In this document: positions 39,655 through 49,655 of the stretch, piece by piece
How positions within the stretch are numbered: position 1 is the first letter of the stretch
Layout of the letters: each line of letters opens with the position of its first letter
Source of the DNA: an uncultured Acidobacteriota bacterium
GTDB taxonomy: Bacteria > Acidobacteriota > Vicinamibacteria > Vicinamibacterales > 2-12-FULL-66-21
DNA: 64,000 nucleotides
NCBI GenBank assembly: GCA_963725145.1
Contig: CAVRXL010000012.1
Span: 1,155,616 to 1,219,615, forward strand
Reading direction: 5' to 3'
Translations under genes and position numbers: made by a program
The notes under the pieces: generated by a model
The model's database searches: none
What the model saw: only the letters and a program-made list of their open reading frames with translations
What the model was told of the DNA's origin: nothing

Positions 39655-42156
39655 CTATCGGTCCCGCAGCGCGTCATTCGGATCCACGCGGCTCGCGCGC
39701 CGCGCCGGGACGAACGACGCGGCGATGGCCACGACGAGCAGGAAGGCCGACACGCCCGCGAACGTGGTCGGATCGGTGGCGCTCACGCCCACGAGAAACG
39801 AGCTGACGAGGCGGGTCACGGCGACGGCGCCGGCGAGGCCGAGGCCGATGCCGGCGAGCGCCACGACCATGCCCTGTCCGAGAATCAGCCGCAGGATATC
39901 GCGCGGGCTTGCACCGAAAGCGACGCGCACGCCGACCTCTCGCGTTCGCTGCTTCGCCGAATACGAGATCGTGCCGTAGAGGCCGAGCGACGCCAGGCCC
40001 AGCGCCAGGACGGCGAACGCGCCGATGAGCGCCAGCAGGAACCGCGTCTGCGACATGGCGTTCGAGACGTACGACGCCAGCGTCGACAGCTCGGCGATCG
40101 GCACGTCCGGGTCCATGGCCGCCGCTTCGGCGCGGATGCGCGCGATGAGGCTCGCGGGATCCGCGGCCGTGCGCACCACGTAGGTCAGCGGCAGAAACGC
40201 CTGGAAGACGTACGGGACGTAGACCGTCTCGCGCCCTTCCGCGGCGAGCGACGACGACCGCACGTTTTCGACGACTCCGACGACCCGAACGGGGAGTCTC
40301 TCGAGCGAGAACGTCTTCTCGTTGAAGTGGTCGACAAGGAGGTCGGCGCCGAGGGGATTCTCTTCGCCGAAGACGCGCTTTGCGAGCTTCCGGTCGATGA
40401 TCGCCACGTCGAGCGCTTCCTCCCGATTGTCCAGGCGCTCGAAGGTGCGGCCCGACAGCAGCTCGATCCCCATGGCTTCGAAGTACCCCGGCAGCACGGC
40501 CTTGAAGTCGGCCTTGTTGGCCCGATACGCGTCGTCTGAGCCGCCGGGACGGCCGTACGAGCCGACCGAGTACTGCTCGCCGCCCGCGAGCGGCAGCGGC
40601 GTGACGCCGCCCACGCGCTCGACTCCCGGGATGGCCCGAAGCCGATCGGCCAGCTCGTTGGCGAAGTTCGCCCGCCGTGCCATCGTGAGGTACTTGAGGA
40701 ACGACAGCGGCGCATTGAACGTGACGACGTTCCGCGCGTCGAACCCCGGGTCGACCCGCTGGATCTCGGCGAAGCTCCGGACCATCAACCCGGCGCCGAC
40801 GAGCAGCACGAGCGACAGTGCGACCTCCAGGACGACGATCGCGCTGCGCAGCTTGTTGCCGCGCACGCCGCCCGTGTCGCTTCCCCGGTCGCGCAGCGCG
40901 TCGGCCAGGTTGCCGCCGACCGCTCGCAGCGCCGGCGCGAGCCCGAACACGATCGCGGCGACGCAGGCAGTCCCGGCGGTGTAGAGGAGTGCGGCGAGGT
41001 CGATGGCCGCCCCTTCGATTCGCGGCAGGTTGCCGGGACTCAACGCCGTGATGAGGCGGATGCCCTGCCACGCCAGCAGCACGCCGATCACGGCGCCCGC
41101 CCAGGACAGGACGACGCTTTCGACCAGCATCTGCGCGATGATGCGGCCGCGGCCGCTGCCGACCGCCGCCCGTACCGCGATCTCGCGTCCACGCTCGGTC
41201 GCCCTGACCAGCAGCAGGTTCGCGATGTTGGCGCACGCGATCAGCAGCACGAACCCGACGGCACCGAGCAGCGCGAGCAGGGCGGGCCGCGCGTGGTTCA
41301 CGACATCACGGTGCATCCCGTTCACCCTGATCTGCAGGTTCTGGGTCTTGTGGAACTGGTGAACCTCGCGCAGCCGCGCGGCGACCGCGTCCATCTCGTG
41401 CTGCGCCTGCTCCAGCGTGACGCCGTCACGCAGCCGCGTGACCACCGTCAGCCAGGGCGCGTCCCGCGCGAAGTCGGCGATGTTGGTCGGCAGCACGCCC
41501 CAGGCATCGACGTTGGTGGGCATCGCCGCGTCCGCAGGCAGGTAGATCCGGAACGTCGGCGGCAGGACGCCGACGACGACCGAGCCCCAGCCATCCATTT
41601 GAATCGTGCGGCCGATCACGTTCGGATCGCCGCCGAATCGCCGTTGCCACAGCCCGTAGCTGAGCATCACCTTGCCCGGCGGCAGGTCGGGATTGGGGTT
41701 CGCGAACTGCTTCGGATCGATGGTAATCGCGTCGTCTTTCCGGAAGGTCCGACCGACGTGTGGCCGGACGCCGAGCAGCTCGAACAGGTTCCACGTCGTG
41801 TAGCCGTTCATGATGCGCTCGGCCGGGCCGGCGCCGGTCAGCGTGCCGGCAACGGCCACCGCCCCGGCGAAGCCCTCGAACCGCGTGGTCTGCGTCTGGT
41901 AGTCCCCGAAATCGGGCCCCGATACGAGCGAGCGCTCGACATTGGTCGCCTGCAGGCGCGTCCACACGAGCGCCAGCTCCTCGGGATGGTCATACGGGAG
42001 CGCACGAAGCAGAACGGCGTTCGCCACGCTGAACATCGCCACGTTGCTGCCGATGCCAAGCGCGAGGGTGAGGACGATCACCGCCGTGAACAGCGGTCTT
42101 TGGACGAAGGAGCGAATCGCGTACCTGAAGTCGCGAAGGACGTCAACGACCGTCAC
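39655..42156 (-). CDS. ADOP-type duplicated ABC permease
   Basis: RDFRYAIR, LALGIGSNVAMFS, LLIACANIANLLL, REVGVRVAFGA, DPNDALRDR. GTG start at 42156 follows a purine-rich AGGAAAGG stretch. Confidence 0.92.
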   Translation of the reverse strand: MTVVDVLRDFRYAIRSFVQRPLFTAVIVLTLALGIGSNVAMFSVANAVLLRALPYDHPEELALVWTRLQATNVERSLVSGPDFGDYQTQTTRFEGFAGAVAVAGTLTGAGPAERIMNGYTTWNLFELLGVRPHVGRTFRKDDAITIDPKQFANPNPDLPPGKVMLSYGLWQRRFGGDPNVIGRTIQMDGWGSVVVGVLPPTFRIYLPADAAMPTNVDAWGVLPTNIADFARDAPWLTVVTRLRDGVTLEQAQHEMDAVAARLREVHQFHKTQNLQIRVNGMHRDVVNHARPALLALLGAVGFVLLIACANIANLLLVRATERGREIAVRAAVGSGRGRIIAQMLVESVVLSWAGAVIGVLLAWQGIRLITALSPGNLPRIEGAAIDLAALLYTAGTACVAAIVFGLAPALRAVGGNLADALRDRGSDTGGVRGNKLRSAIVVLEVALSLVLLVGAGLMVRSFAEIQRVDPGFDARNVVTFNAPLSFLKYLTMARRANFANELADRLRAIPGVERVGGVTPLPLAGGEQYSVGSYGRPGGSDDAYRANKADFKAVLPGYFEAMGIELLSGRTFERLDNREEALDVAIIDRKLAKRVFGEENPLGADLLVDHFNEKTFSLERLPVRVVGVVENVRSSSLAAEGRETVYVPYVFQAFLPLTYVVRTAADPASLIARIRAEAAAMDPDVPIAELSTLASYVSNAMSQTRFLLALIGAFAVLALGLASLGLYGTISYSAKQRTREVGVRVAFGASPRDILRLILGQGMVVALAGIGLGLAGAVAVTRLVSSFLVGVSATDPTTFAGVSAFLLVVAIAASFVPARRASRVDPNDALRDR

Positions 42157-42295
42157 TTGGTTGTGCCTTTCCTGCAGAGCGCGGCGGCTCGGCACGAAGC
42201 TGAAGCCTGCCATTGTAGACGCGAGGCATCAACTCGTCGAACGCGCTGCGATCGCCCTGGTGCCACCGGTTGAGCAGGTCGGTGATGTCGGGCAT
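42143..42295 (-). pseudogene. Truncated ECF sigma-factor N-terminus (not in the ORF track)
   Basis: Manual translation: MPDITDLLNRWHQGDRSAFDELMPRVYNGRLQLRAEPPRSAGKAQPSDGR*. The first ~28 aa match the 'IT.LL..W..GD..A...L.P.VY.EL' start of TIGR02999-type ECF sigma factors. Confidence 0.7.
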
Positions 42296-42382
42296 CTGTG
42301 TCGAGGTCGAAGCGATTCTACGACCGATCGTGTTTGGTGCCTGCGCGCCGAGTAAGGCGAATTGGAAAGGATCTTCCGACGT

Positions 42383-43798
42383 TCACGGCGTCGGTTCGAA
42401 TCGGCTGAGCGGCAGGCTCTTCGCGATTGCCCTCCGTCCCTCCGCAATTGACGCGATCTTCCCGCACGCCAGCGACTGAATCAGGAGATTCCCCAGCGCC
42501 GTGGCCTCGACGGGGCCTGCGACCACGGGGCGCCCGATGGCGTCGGCGGTAGCCTGGTTGAGATACGCGTTCTGCGAGCCGCCGCCGACGATGTGAACGC
42601 CCGGGATGGGTGTGTTGGTGAGCGCTTCGATCGTCTGAACGACCGCTGCGTACCGCGCCGCGAGCGAATCGAGGATGACTTTCGTCAGGAACGCCGGGTC
42701 GTCTGAGGATGCTTGACCTTGCTCGGCGAGCGCCGCACGCACCTCCTTGACCATGTCCGGTGGATTGAAGAAGCGCGGCGCGTCGGGGTCGATGAGCGGC
42801 GCCACGCCCGCGACGCCGGCTGCGTGCTCGATGAGGCGCGGCACATCGACCTGCTGACCCGTACGGCGCCACTCGTCTCTGCAGCGCTCCAGAATCCACA
42901 TCCCGGTGACGTTCTTGAGAAAGCGGAACGTCCGGCCGGGTCCGCGTTCGTTGGTGAAATTGGCGGCGAGGACGTCCTGTCCTACGAGCGGTGTGTCGCG
43001 CTCGATGCCGACGAGCGACCAGGTACCCGAAGAAATGTAGGCCCAGCCGGGCTCGAGCGGGGTGCCGACGACCGCGCTGGCGGTGTCGTGCGTGGCAGGG
43101 GCGACGATCCGGAGCGGCGGCAGCTCGAGCTCGCGCTGGAGCGCGGGCGCGAGCGCGCCCAGATCCGCGCCGGCGTCGACCAGCCCGGGCATCAACTCGT
43201 CAGGCAGCCCCAGGCGCTTCAGCAGCTCATCGTCCCACTCCGCCGTCCGGACGCTGAGGAGCTGCGTCGTCGAGGCGTTGGTTCGTTCAGAGCTCATGGA
43301 TCCGCACAGCAGGTGATGGCAGAGGTCGGGCATCAGCAGCAGGCGGGTGGCGCTCGACGGCAGGCCGTCGCGCGCGTGAGCGGCAAGCTGGACGAGGGTG
43401 TTGAACTGGAGAAACTGGATGCCCGTGCGCTGGAAGATCTCCTCGCGACCAACGCGCGTGAAGATCTCTTCCATGAGGCCAGCCGTACGGCCGTCCCTGT
43501 AGCAGATCGGCTCTTCGACGAGACGGCCGTCGCCACCGATCAACCCATAGTCGACGCCCCAGGCGTCGACGCCGGCCGAGACCAGATCGCCGCCGGCCGC
43601 CCGCGCCGAATCGGCCGCGCGGCGCAGACCGGTGCGCAGCCCGTCGAAGAGCTGCGCGATATCCCATCGAAGCCGTCGGTCGAGGAGCCGCGGGGTGTAG
43701 TGGAAACGGTGCGCTTCCTCGAAGCGGACGGCAGTCGGCGACACCTCGCCAACGAACACGCGACCGCTGCCGGCCCCGAGATCGACGGCCGCATGCAC
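42383..43798 (-). CDS. rhaB: Rhamnulokinase (FGGY family)
   Basis: AVDLGAGSGRV, DAWGVDYGL, YRDGRT, TGIQFLQFNTL, NASTTQL, HDTASAV, SSGTWSLVG, GGGSQN, GPVEATALGN. Confidence 0.94.
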   Translation of the reverse strand: MHAAVDLGAGSGRVFVGEVSPTAVRFEEAHRFHYTPRLLDRRLRWDIAQLFDGLRTGLRRAADSARAAGGDLVSAGVDAWGVDYGLIGGDGRLVEEPICYRDGRTAGLMEEIFTRVGREEIFQRTGIQFLQFNTLVQLAAHARDGLPSSATRLLLMPDLCHHLLCGSMSSERTNASTTQLLSVRTAEWDDELLKRLGLPDELMPGLVDAGADLGALAPALQRELELPPLRIVAPATHDTASAVVGTPLEPGWAYISSGTWSLVGIERDTPLVGQDVLAANFTNERGPGRTFRFLKNVTGMWILERCRDEWRRTGQQVDVPRLIEHAAGVAGVAPLIDPDAPRFFNPPDMVKEVRAALAEQGQASSDDPAFLTKVILDSLAARYAAVVQTIEALTNTPIPGVHIVGGGSQNAYLNQATADAIGRPVVAGPVEATALGNLLIQSLACGKIASIAEGRRAIAKSLPLSRFEPTP

Positions 43799-43799
43799 C

Positions 43800-44126
43800 T
43801 TACGGTCCTTCGTCGTCTATGTGGAAGACCTCACGCAGTTCGCGGGAGACCGGGCTATCGTCCGCGTTGGCCGGCATGATGTCGCACATATGCCGCCACC
43901 ATCGCCGGCACACGTCGGTCGACGCGACCGCCGCCCATCGCGCCTCATCGTCGATCTCGACGTACCCGAAGAGATCGTTCGTCTGAGAGTCCAGGAAGAT
44001 GGAATAGGTTCGAACACCGTGCTCGATCAGCGTGTCCTCGAGCTCTTTCCAGATGGGCCGGTGGCGTCGTTCGTACTCTTCCTCGCTGCCGCGATTCACG
44101 GACATGCGAAACGCTTTACGGATCAT
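43800..44126 (-). CDS. rhaM: L-rhamnose mutarotase
   Basis: [40 protein letters not shown]. Confidence 0.94.
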   Translation of the reverse strand: MIRKAFRMSVNRGSEEEYERRHRPIWKELEDTLIEHGVRTYSIFLDSQTNDLFGYVEIDDEARWAAVASTDVCRRWWRHMCDIMPANADDSPVSRELREVFHIDDEGP

Positions 44127-44129
44127 AAG

Positions 44130-44194
44130 AAGGTTCGAAGGGTTCGAAGGGTTCGAGGCGTTCGAACCTCCTCGAACCTCCTCGTCTCGAACCC
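44130..44194. repeat. GGTTCGAAG / CTCGAACCT inverted tandem arrays
   Basis: aggttcgaagggttcgaagggttcgagg followed by ttcgaacctcctcgaacctcctcgtctcgaaccc. Confidence 0.85.
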
Positions 44195-44195
44195 G

Positions 44196-45482
44196 TTAAA
44201 AGGGTTTTTCGAGCGACTCGCTCTGCGTCGTGAACAGCTCGGCACCCGTTTCCGTGATGACCATGTCATCTTCGAGCCGTACGCCGAACTCCCCTCGAAT
44301 GTAGATGCCGGGCTCGTCGCTGAACGTCATGCCGGGCGCGAGCGGGAGCGTGTTGCCCTTGACGAGGTACGGCCACTCGTGGCCGTCCATCCCCATCCCG
44401 TGGCCGACGCGATGCGTGAAGTGGGCATAGCCCGGCCCGAAGCCGGCGTCCTCGATCACCTTGCGCGCGGCCGCGTCGACGGCTTCACACGGGACGCCAG
44501 GCTTCGCGGCGGCGAGCGCCGCGTCCTGCGCCTTGCGCTCGATCGCGAAGACCTGCTTCATCTTGTCGGTGGGCCGGCCGAGGAGGAACGTGCGCGAGAT
44601 GTCCGATTGATAGCCTTCGACGCTGCACCCGCCGTCGATCAGGAGAATCGAGCCTTCCTTGATGACCTGCGGCTGGATCGATCCGTGTGGCAGCGCGGAA
44701 TAGGGACCGACCTGGACGCCGGCGCCGCCGGAGAACCCGAGCTTTGTGTGCGCGGCGGAGACGAGGCGCGCGAAATCGTTCTGGGTCATCCCTTCCTTCA
44801 ACGATTCGTACGCGGCCTTGTACGCTTTCCACGTCACCTCGGATGCCAGCCGCATCAGCGCGAGCTCGTGCGCATCCTTCGTCACGCGGCAGCCCGCGGT
44901 GATCGGCGTGCCGCTCACCAGCTTCACCGTCGGCGCCGCCTGCGCCACGCCGTCGCTGAAGACGAACTTGGCCGTCTCTTCGATGCCGAGCCGGCCGGTC
45001 GCGACGCCGCGATCCCGCAGTCCCTGGGCCACACGCTCGTACGGGCTCTCGTGCTCGTGCCAGGTGCGAACGTCCGCCTTCGCGCCGCCGAACGGCCCGA
45101 GCGCGATCTGCTCCCGCGCCCGATCCTCTTCGAACGCCGGACAGACGACGAAGGGCTCGCCGCTTCGCGGGAGGACGAACGCGAACAGCCGTTCCGCGCC
45201 GCTCCATCGCATGTTGGTGAAGTAGGCGAGCGACGTGCCCGAGCACAGCATGAGCGCGTCGATGCGCTGCTCCGCCATCAGCCGCCGCGCCTTGTCGATT
45301 CGCGCGCGGCGTTCCTCCGCGGTGATCGGAGTCTCTCGTCCCTTCATCGACCCGAGCGCCGCAATCGGCGCGGGCAGCGGGTCATTCGAGGCCTGTATCG
45401 CGTCGGCGCCCTCGGCGTGGAGGCGGCCCGTTAACCCGGCGGCCAGGGGAATCGACAGAAACGATCGGCGAGTCAGAGACAC
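44196..45482 (-). CDS. Tat-exported Xaa-Pro peptidase (M24)
   Basis: TRRSFL Tat motif; PHG, IDGG, YQSDISRT, HRVGHGMG..GHE, SDEPGIY, GVRLED. Confidence 0.93.
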   Translation of the reverse strand: MSLTRRSFLSIPLAAGLTGRLHAEGADAIQASNDPLPAPIAALGSMKGRETPITAEERRARIDKARRLMAEQRIDALMLCSGTSLAYFTNMRWSGAERLFAFVLPRSGEPFVVCPAFEEDRAREQIALGPFGGAKADVRTWHEHESPYERVAQGLRDRGVATGRLGIEETAKFVFSDGVAQAAPTVKLVSGTPITAGCRVTKDAHELALMRLASEVTWKAYKAAYESLKEGMTQNDFARLVSAAHTKLGFSGGAGVQVGPYSALPHGSIQPQVIKEGSILLIDGGCSVEGYQSDISRTFLLGRPTDKMKQVFAIERKAQDAALAAAKPGVPCEAVDAAARKVIEDAGFGPGYAHFTHRVGHGMGMDGHEWPYLVKGNTLPLAPGMTFSDEPGIYIRGEFGVRLEDDMVITETGAELFTTQSESLEKPF

Positions 45483-45520
45483 GAGTCCTCCTCAGTGCGA
45501 CGACAACTATACTCTCGCGG

Positions 45521-45829
45521 ATGCGACCCAGATGGATAGGGCTGACCGCTATCTGGTTCTACTGGTCTTCTCTGTTCTGGCTGCGTCCCTTGCTGTCGTA
45601 CCTGGAAGTCAGGCCGGCCGACTATCCAGGCCTGCAGGCGGCGCTGCGCGTCTACTCCGCCCCGCTGCGCTACCTCATTCCCTGGATGCCGGCGCTCTTC
45701 GGCCGCTCCGCTCGCGCACCTTCCCGGGCCGCGCTCCTGGCGGGAATGGTAGGGGCCATCGGCTGTCTCGTCGTCTGGGGGGTGCTCGTGATTCGCGCGC
45801 ACAATCGGCGGACGATGGCGGGGCGTTAG
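45521..45829 (+). CDS. Small hypothetical membrane protein
   Basis: 102-aa ORF with two hydrophobic segments that fills the gap; TATACT lies 7 nt before the ATG. Confidence 0.55.
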   Translation: MRPRWIGLTAIWFYWSSLFWLRPLLSYLEVRPADYPGLQAALRVYSAPLRYLIPWMPALFGRSARAPSRAALLAGMVGAIGCLVVWGVLVIRAHNRRTMAGR

Positions 45830-45845
45830 GATCTGATCCCGGGCT

Positions 45846-48524
45846 CTAGAGGACGGCCGGGGCGGGGGTGCGCGACAGCCGGAATCCCCAGACGATGAGC
45901 GCGGCAAACGCCGCGAATCCCACGAGCGCTGCGTCGAAGTACCACGCACCCGGGGTGAGCGTGAAGGGATACGACACGGACAGATTCAGCGAGAAGACCA
46001 TCACAGCCTCCGCCAGCAGGCCAAAGCGGAGCAGCACGAACATCATGAGCCCCGCACCCGCCAGCGCGCCGGCCACGATGAAGAAGTCGATCGACGAGTA
46101 GCCGCTCAAGAACAGCAGGGTCAGGATCGCCGTTGACGCGGCGACCGCGAGCCAGACGCGGCGCAGTGCCAGCCGTGATCCGACGAGCAGCATCAGTACC
46201 ACGAGCGCCGTCAGCACGGCGTCGTCCGCCTGCGTCAGGACGCCGCTGACCGCGTGGCGGAGGCTGATGAGCGCGTCGAGCCGGGGCGTGTCAAGATTCG
46301 GCGGCGGGCGCCCGACCAGCGCCGGAAGGAAATACTGCAGCCGAAGCACGAGCACGACGGCAAGCCCCGCCATCATGCCGATGAGCAGATCGCGGCCGAG
46401 CATCGGATCGCGCAGCCGCCCGGTCAGCATGCGGCTCCATGCGATGAGCAGGTTGGGCCAGAGACGTCGTGCCACCGGTTCCAGCGCGAGGTACAGCAGC
46501 CAGATCATGCCCGCCGAGAAAAACGAGATGCTCGCGCCGCGAGCGAACTGGGTCCACTCGATCCCCAGATGCGGTCTGTGATGCGCACCGAGGAGAAACT
46601 CGATCGTCTGGATGACGAACAGGAATGCCGCGAGACGGATCGCGCCGTTGCGGTCGCCGCGCCCCGCCTTGAGGTTGTGGCGTGCCATCAGCGCGGCCGC
46701 AATCAGGCTGCCTGACAGCAGGAGGAGCGACACGTAGCCGAGCCATCGATCGTCGCCAGGCGGCGGCTGCTGCCGGTCCGGCCTCGTCCATGGTCCCACG
46801 ATGGCGAAGTACACCGGCCGGCCGCGATGGCTCGCCGCTTCGATGCGAACGTTCTCGGCCCGCGGACCGAGCGTGCCGGTCCAGGCCGCTCGTGCGTCAG
46901 CATAGTGCGGCGGTGTCCAGGACTCTTCCGTCGGTGTGAACGTCGTGTGATCGAGTCCCGCTTCTCGAAACAGGAGTCCCCAGTCCGTCTCAGGGGCGGG
47001 TGTTCCGGCATCCGGCACCTGGCGGGGCACCGCTTCGAAGTACATGAGTCGGCCCGCGGCATTCAGGCGCAGCCGCACCATGTCCGATACGAGGGCCGGC
47101 GGATCGTCGAAGAGCTGTTCGTTCACCGATCTCCACGAGATCAGTTCGCGCGGCCCCGAGCGGTACCAGAACGTGATCGCGGGAGGCATGTCGGACGAGA
47201 CACGGACCCACCGATCGAGCGACCGATCCGAGTCGGCGATATGGCGGAGATACTCCTGCTCTTCCGAGAAACCGAAGGTCGCGTCGATCCCGGCCGGATA
47301 CCCAAACGCCCGGACGACCTGTTCGGCTCGGTCGGCGAGCACCGCGGTGGGCTTGAACGGAGGCGTCCGGCCGAGAAGGCTCGTAGGGTCGGAAAGCGCG
47401 GCGATCGCGAGAAGCGCGACGCCGCAGCCGATCGCGAGCGCGGCCGCCGGGTTCTGGGCGAGCGCGCCGGTCGTCCCCGCGGCGGCGACCATCTCCGGCG
47501 AGGGCGTCTCGCCAGCTGCAAGCGCCGCTTCGAGCGGGCTCGCGCCTGGAAGCCCCGCCGCGACCGCGAGCGCCGACGAGGGCCGCAGCGCCGCGTCGCC
47601 CGCCAGGCAGCGCATGATCGTCCGCTCTATCGCGGGATCGAGATCGGGGACGGCCGTCGTCGGCGTCGGCGGCGCGCCGCGCTCGTGTTGCTTCACCAGC
47701 TCGCCGACGGTCGGCGCGTCGAAGGCGCGCTTGCCCGTGAAGACCTCGTACAGCACCAGGCCGAGCGCAAACAGATCGCTCTTGACGGAGACCTCTCGGC
47801 CCGCGAGCTGCTCCGGCGCCATGTACCCGGGCGTGCCCGCGCGCACGTCCGCCCCCGTCGACGCCGCGCCGGCGATGCCGAAGTCGGTCAAGCGGACGCG
47901 GCCGGCGCCGTCGATCATGACGTTCGCCGGCTTCAGATCGCGGTGGAGCACGCCGCGCTCGTGCGCGGCCGCCAGCCCCGCGCAGAGCTGCCGGGCGACC
48001 TCGACTCCTTTGTCCGCCGGCAGGCGTCCGATGCGCCGCAGCAGCGATGCGAGATCCTCGCCGTCCACGTACTCCATCGAGAGAAAATGACGGCCGTCCA
48101 CGACGCCGATGTCGTAGACGCGGCAGACGTTCGGATGCGACACCTGCCGCGCCGTCCGGACCTCGCCGTGGAAGCGCGCCAGACGCGCCGGGTCCATCTC
48201 GAGCGACTCGGGCAGAAACTTCAACGCGACCGGCTGCTCGAGCCTCAGGTCGTCGGCACGGTACACCTCGCCCATGCCTCCCTGCCCGAGCAGGTTGACC
48301 ACGCGATACCGTTCGTCGAGGACGGTGCCCGGCGCGAATCGGCCGTGCCAGACCGCGGTGCCTGACGTGGTCAACCGCGGGCCGCCGGTAGAGGATCTGG
48401 GCCTCGAGGACGTTTCTCCGAGCCGGGTCTCGTCATCCGATCCGGATGCCGGGATTGAAGAGCCGCAGGCCGGACAGAATCGGCTCTCGTTCGCGACCGT
48501 TGCGCCGCACGAAGGACAGATCAC
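45846..48524 (-). CDS. Hanks-type Ser/Thr kinase with N-terminal zinc ribbon and polytopic membrane C-terminus
   Basis: CPSC...FCPACG; GQGGMGEVY, VALK, HRDLKPAN, DFG, GTPGYMAPE; TM helix, extracytoplasmic region, then several further TM helices. Confidence 0.9.
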   Translation of the reverse strand: MICPSCGATVANESRFCPACGSSIPASGSDDETRLGETSSRPRSSTGGPRLTTSGTAVWHGRFAPGTVLDERYRVVNLLGQGGMGEVYRADDLRLEQPVALKFLPESLEMDPARLARFHGEVRTARQVSHPNVCRVYDIGVVDGRHFLSMEYVDGEDLASLLRRIGRLPADKGVEVARQLCAGLAAAHERGVLHRDLKPANVMIDGAGRVRLTDFGIAGAASTGADVRAGTPGYMAPEQLAGREVSVKSDLFALGLVLYEVFTGKRAFDAPTVGELVKQHERGAPPTPTTAVPDLDPAIERTIMRCLAGDAALRPSSALAVAAGLPGASPLEAALAAGETPSPEMVAAAGTTGALAQNPAAALAIGCGVALLAIAALSDPTSLLGRTPPFKPTAVLADRAEQVVRAFGYPAGIDATFGFSEEQEYLRHIADSDRSLDRWVRVSSDMPPAITFWYRSGPRELISWRSVNEQLFDDPPALVSDMVRLRLNAAGRLMYFEAVPRQVPDAGTPAPETDWGLLFREAGLDHTTFTPTEESWTPPHYADARAAWTGTLGPRAENVRIEAASHRGRPVYFAIVGPWTRPDRQQPPPGDDRWLGYVSLLLLSGSLIAAALMARHNLKAGRGDRNGAIRLAAFLFVIQTIEFLLGAHHRPHLGIEWTQFARGASISFFSAGMIWLLYLALEPVARRLWPNLLIAWSRMLTGRLRDPMLGRDLLIGMMAGLAVVLVLRLQYFLPALVGRPPPNLDTPRLDALISLRHAVSGVLTQADDAVLTALVVLMLLVGSRLALRRVWLAVAASTAILTLLFLSGYSSIDFFIVAGALAGAGLMMFVLLRFGLLAEAVMVFSLNLSVSYPFTLTPGAWYFDAALVGFAAFAALIVWGFRLSRTPAPAVL

Positions 48525-48554
48525 CGGAAGATTCTATATCGGTGCCCTGGGTGC

Positions 48555-49655
48555 TCAGAGTGCCTGCAGGATGAGATCGGCAACCACGTCTGCGCCGTCG
48601 GTGCGGGCGGGCGGCGGCATCGGTTGCGACAGGACGCGATCGATCGCGGCCCCCCAGCGTCCGGCCAGCAAATCCTCCTGACAGAGGAACTCGGATCGGA
48701 CGTAGCGAGGCATCTCGCGAACCAGCACGTCGTACTCCCGGAACCGGCCGCGCGAGGTGTACACGATTGCCGTCCCGTTGGCCGCGCATTCGGCGATGAT
48801 GCCGAACCCCGGTTTCGTGATGACGACGTCCGCGGCTGCGACCAGGTCCTCGTAGCGAAACCCCGCCTCGTACAGCTCGCCGTCCGCGAGGCAGACGACG
48901 GCGCTGGAAGGGTGGAGGGAAGCCTCGGAGCGCGTAACGGTCGCTTCGGCTACGACAACCGTGCAGCGATCCAGGCAATCGACCCGGTCGAAGGGCAGCC
49001 CGCGGACGCCGAAGCCGCCAAATGACGAGAGGACGAGCGGCCGGTCGATCGGCACGCCGAGGTGCCGGCGCACCTCCGCCGGGTCGCGACGGCTGCGGCG
49101 CGCGATGAGCGGCACGTCCACGATCCGCGCGAAGGACTCGAAGCCGCCGCACATCGGAAGCCGCCAGGCGCCGACGCCCCGCGCGTACGCCGCGCGGATG
49201 AGGTCCAGAAGCCGCGGCCCGTCGGCGATCTCGTCGTACTCTTCGTAGATCCAGTCCCAGGTAAAGTTCGCGAGCGCGAACGCCGGCACGCCCGCGCGAT
49301 CGGCTGCCGCGAACGCGAGTGGCGGCACGTCGCCGACAACAAGTCGCGCGCCGGAGGCCTCGAGCCCTCGCGCCTCGTCCGCCGCCCGGCGATCGAGGGC
49401 CGCGTAGAACGCTTCTGCGCGGCGGATCGACTCGGTCACGTCGATACGAAGGCTGTCGATCTGGACGAGCCCGGTGTCGGCCTCGACCGGGTGAAGGTCG
49501 ATCGGCGCGCGCGCCGTCAGCTCGAACAGCCAGCGCGGCGCGGCCGTCCGGACCTGCACCGGAAGGCTCGGCGCTCGCGCGGCCAGCGCGTTGATGACTT
49601 CGATGTCCCGGGAGGCGTGGCCGAATCCGTGGCCGGAGATGTAGAAGACGATCAA
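48555..49655 (-). CDS. GT-B-fold glycosyltransferase-like protein
   Basis: FYISGHGFGHASR, GDVPPLAF, NFTWDWIY, DVVITKPGFG..AEC, R..FREY, DGADVVA. Confidence 0.7.
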   Translation of the reverse strand: MIVFYISGHGFGHASRDIEVINALAARAPSLPVQVRTAAPRWLFELTARAPIDLHPVEADTGLVQIDSLRIDVTESIRRAEAFYAALDRRAADEARGLEASGARLVVGDVPPLAFAAADRAGVPAFALANFTWDWIYEEYDEIADGPRLLDLIRAAYARGVGAWRLPMCGGFESFARIVDVPLIARRSRRDPAEVRRHLGVPIDRPLVLSSFGGFGVRGLPFDRVDCLDRCTVVVAEATVTRSEASLHPSSAVVCLADGELYEAGFRYEDLVAAADVVITKPGFGIIAECAANGTAIVYTSRGRFREYDVLVREMPRYVRSEFLCQEDLLAGRWGAAIDRVLSQPMPPPARTDGADVVADLILQAL

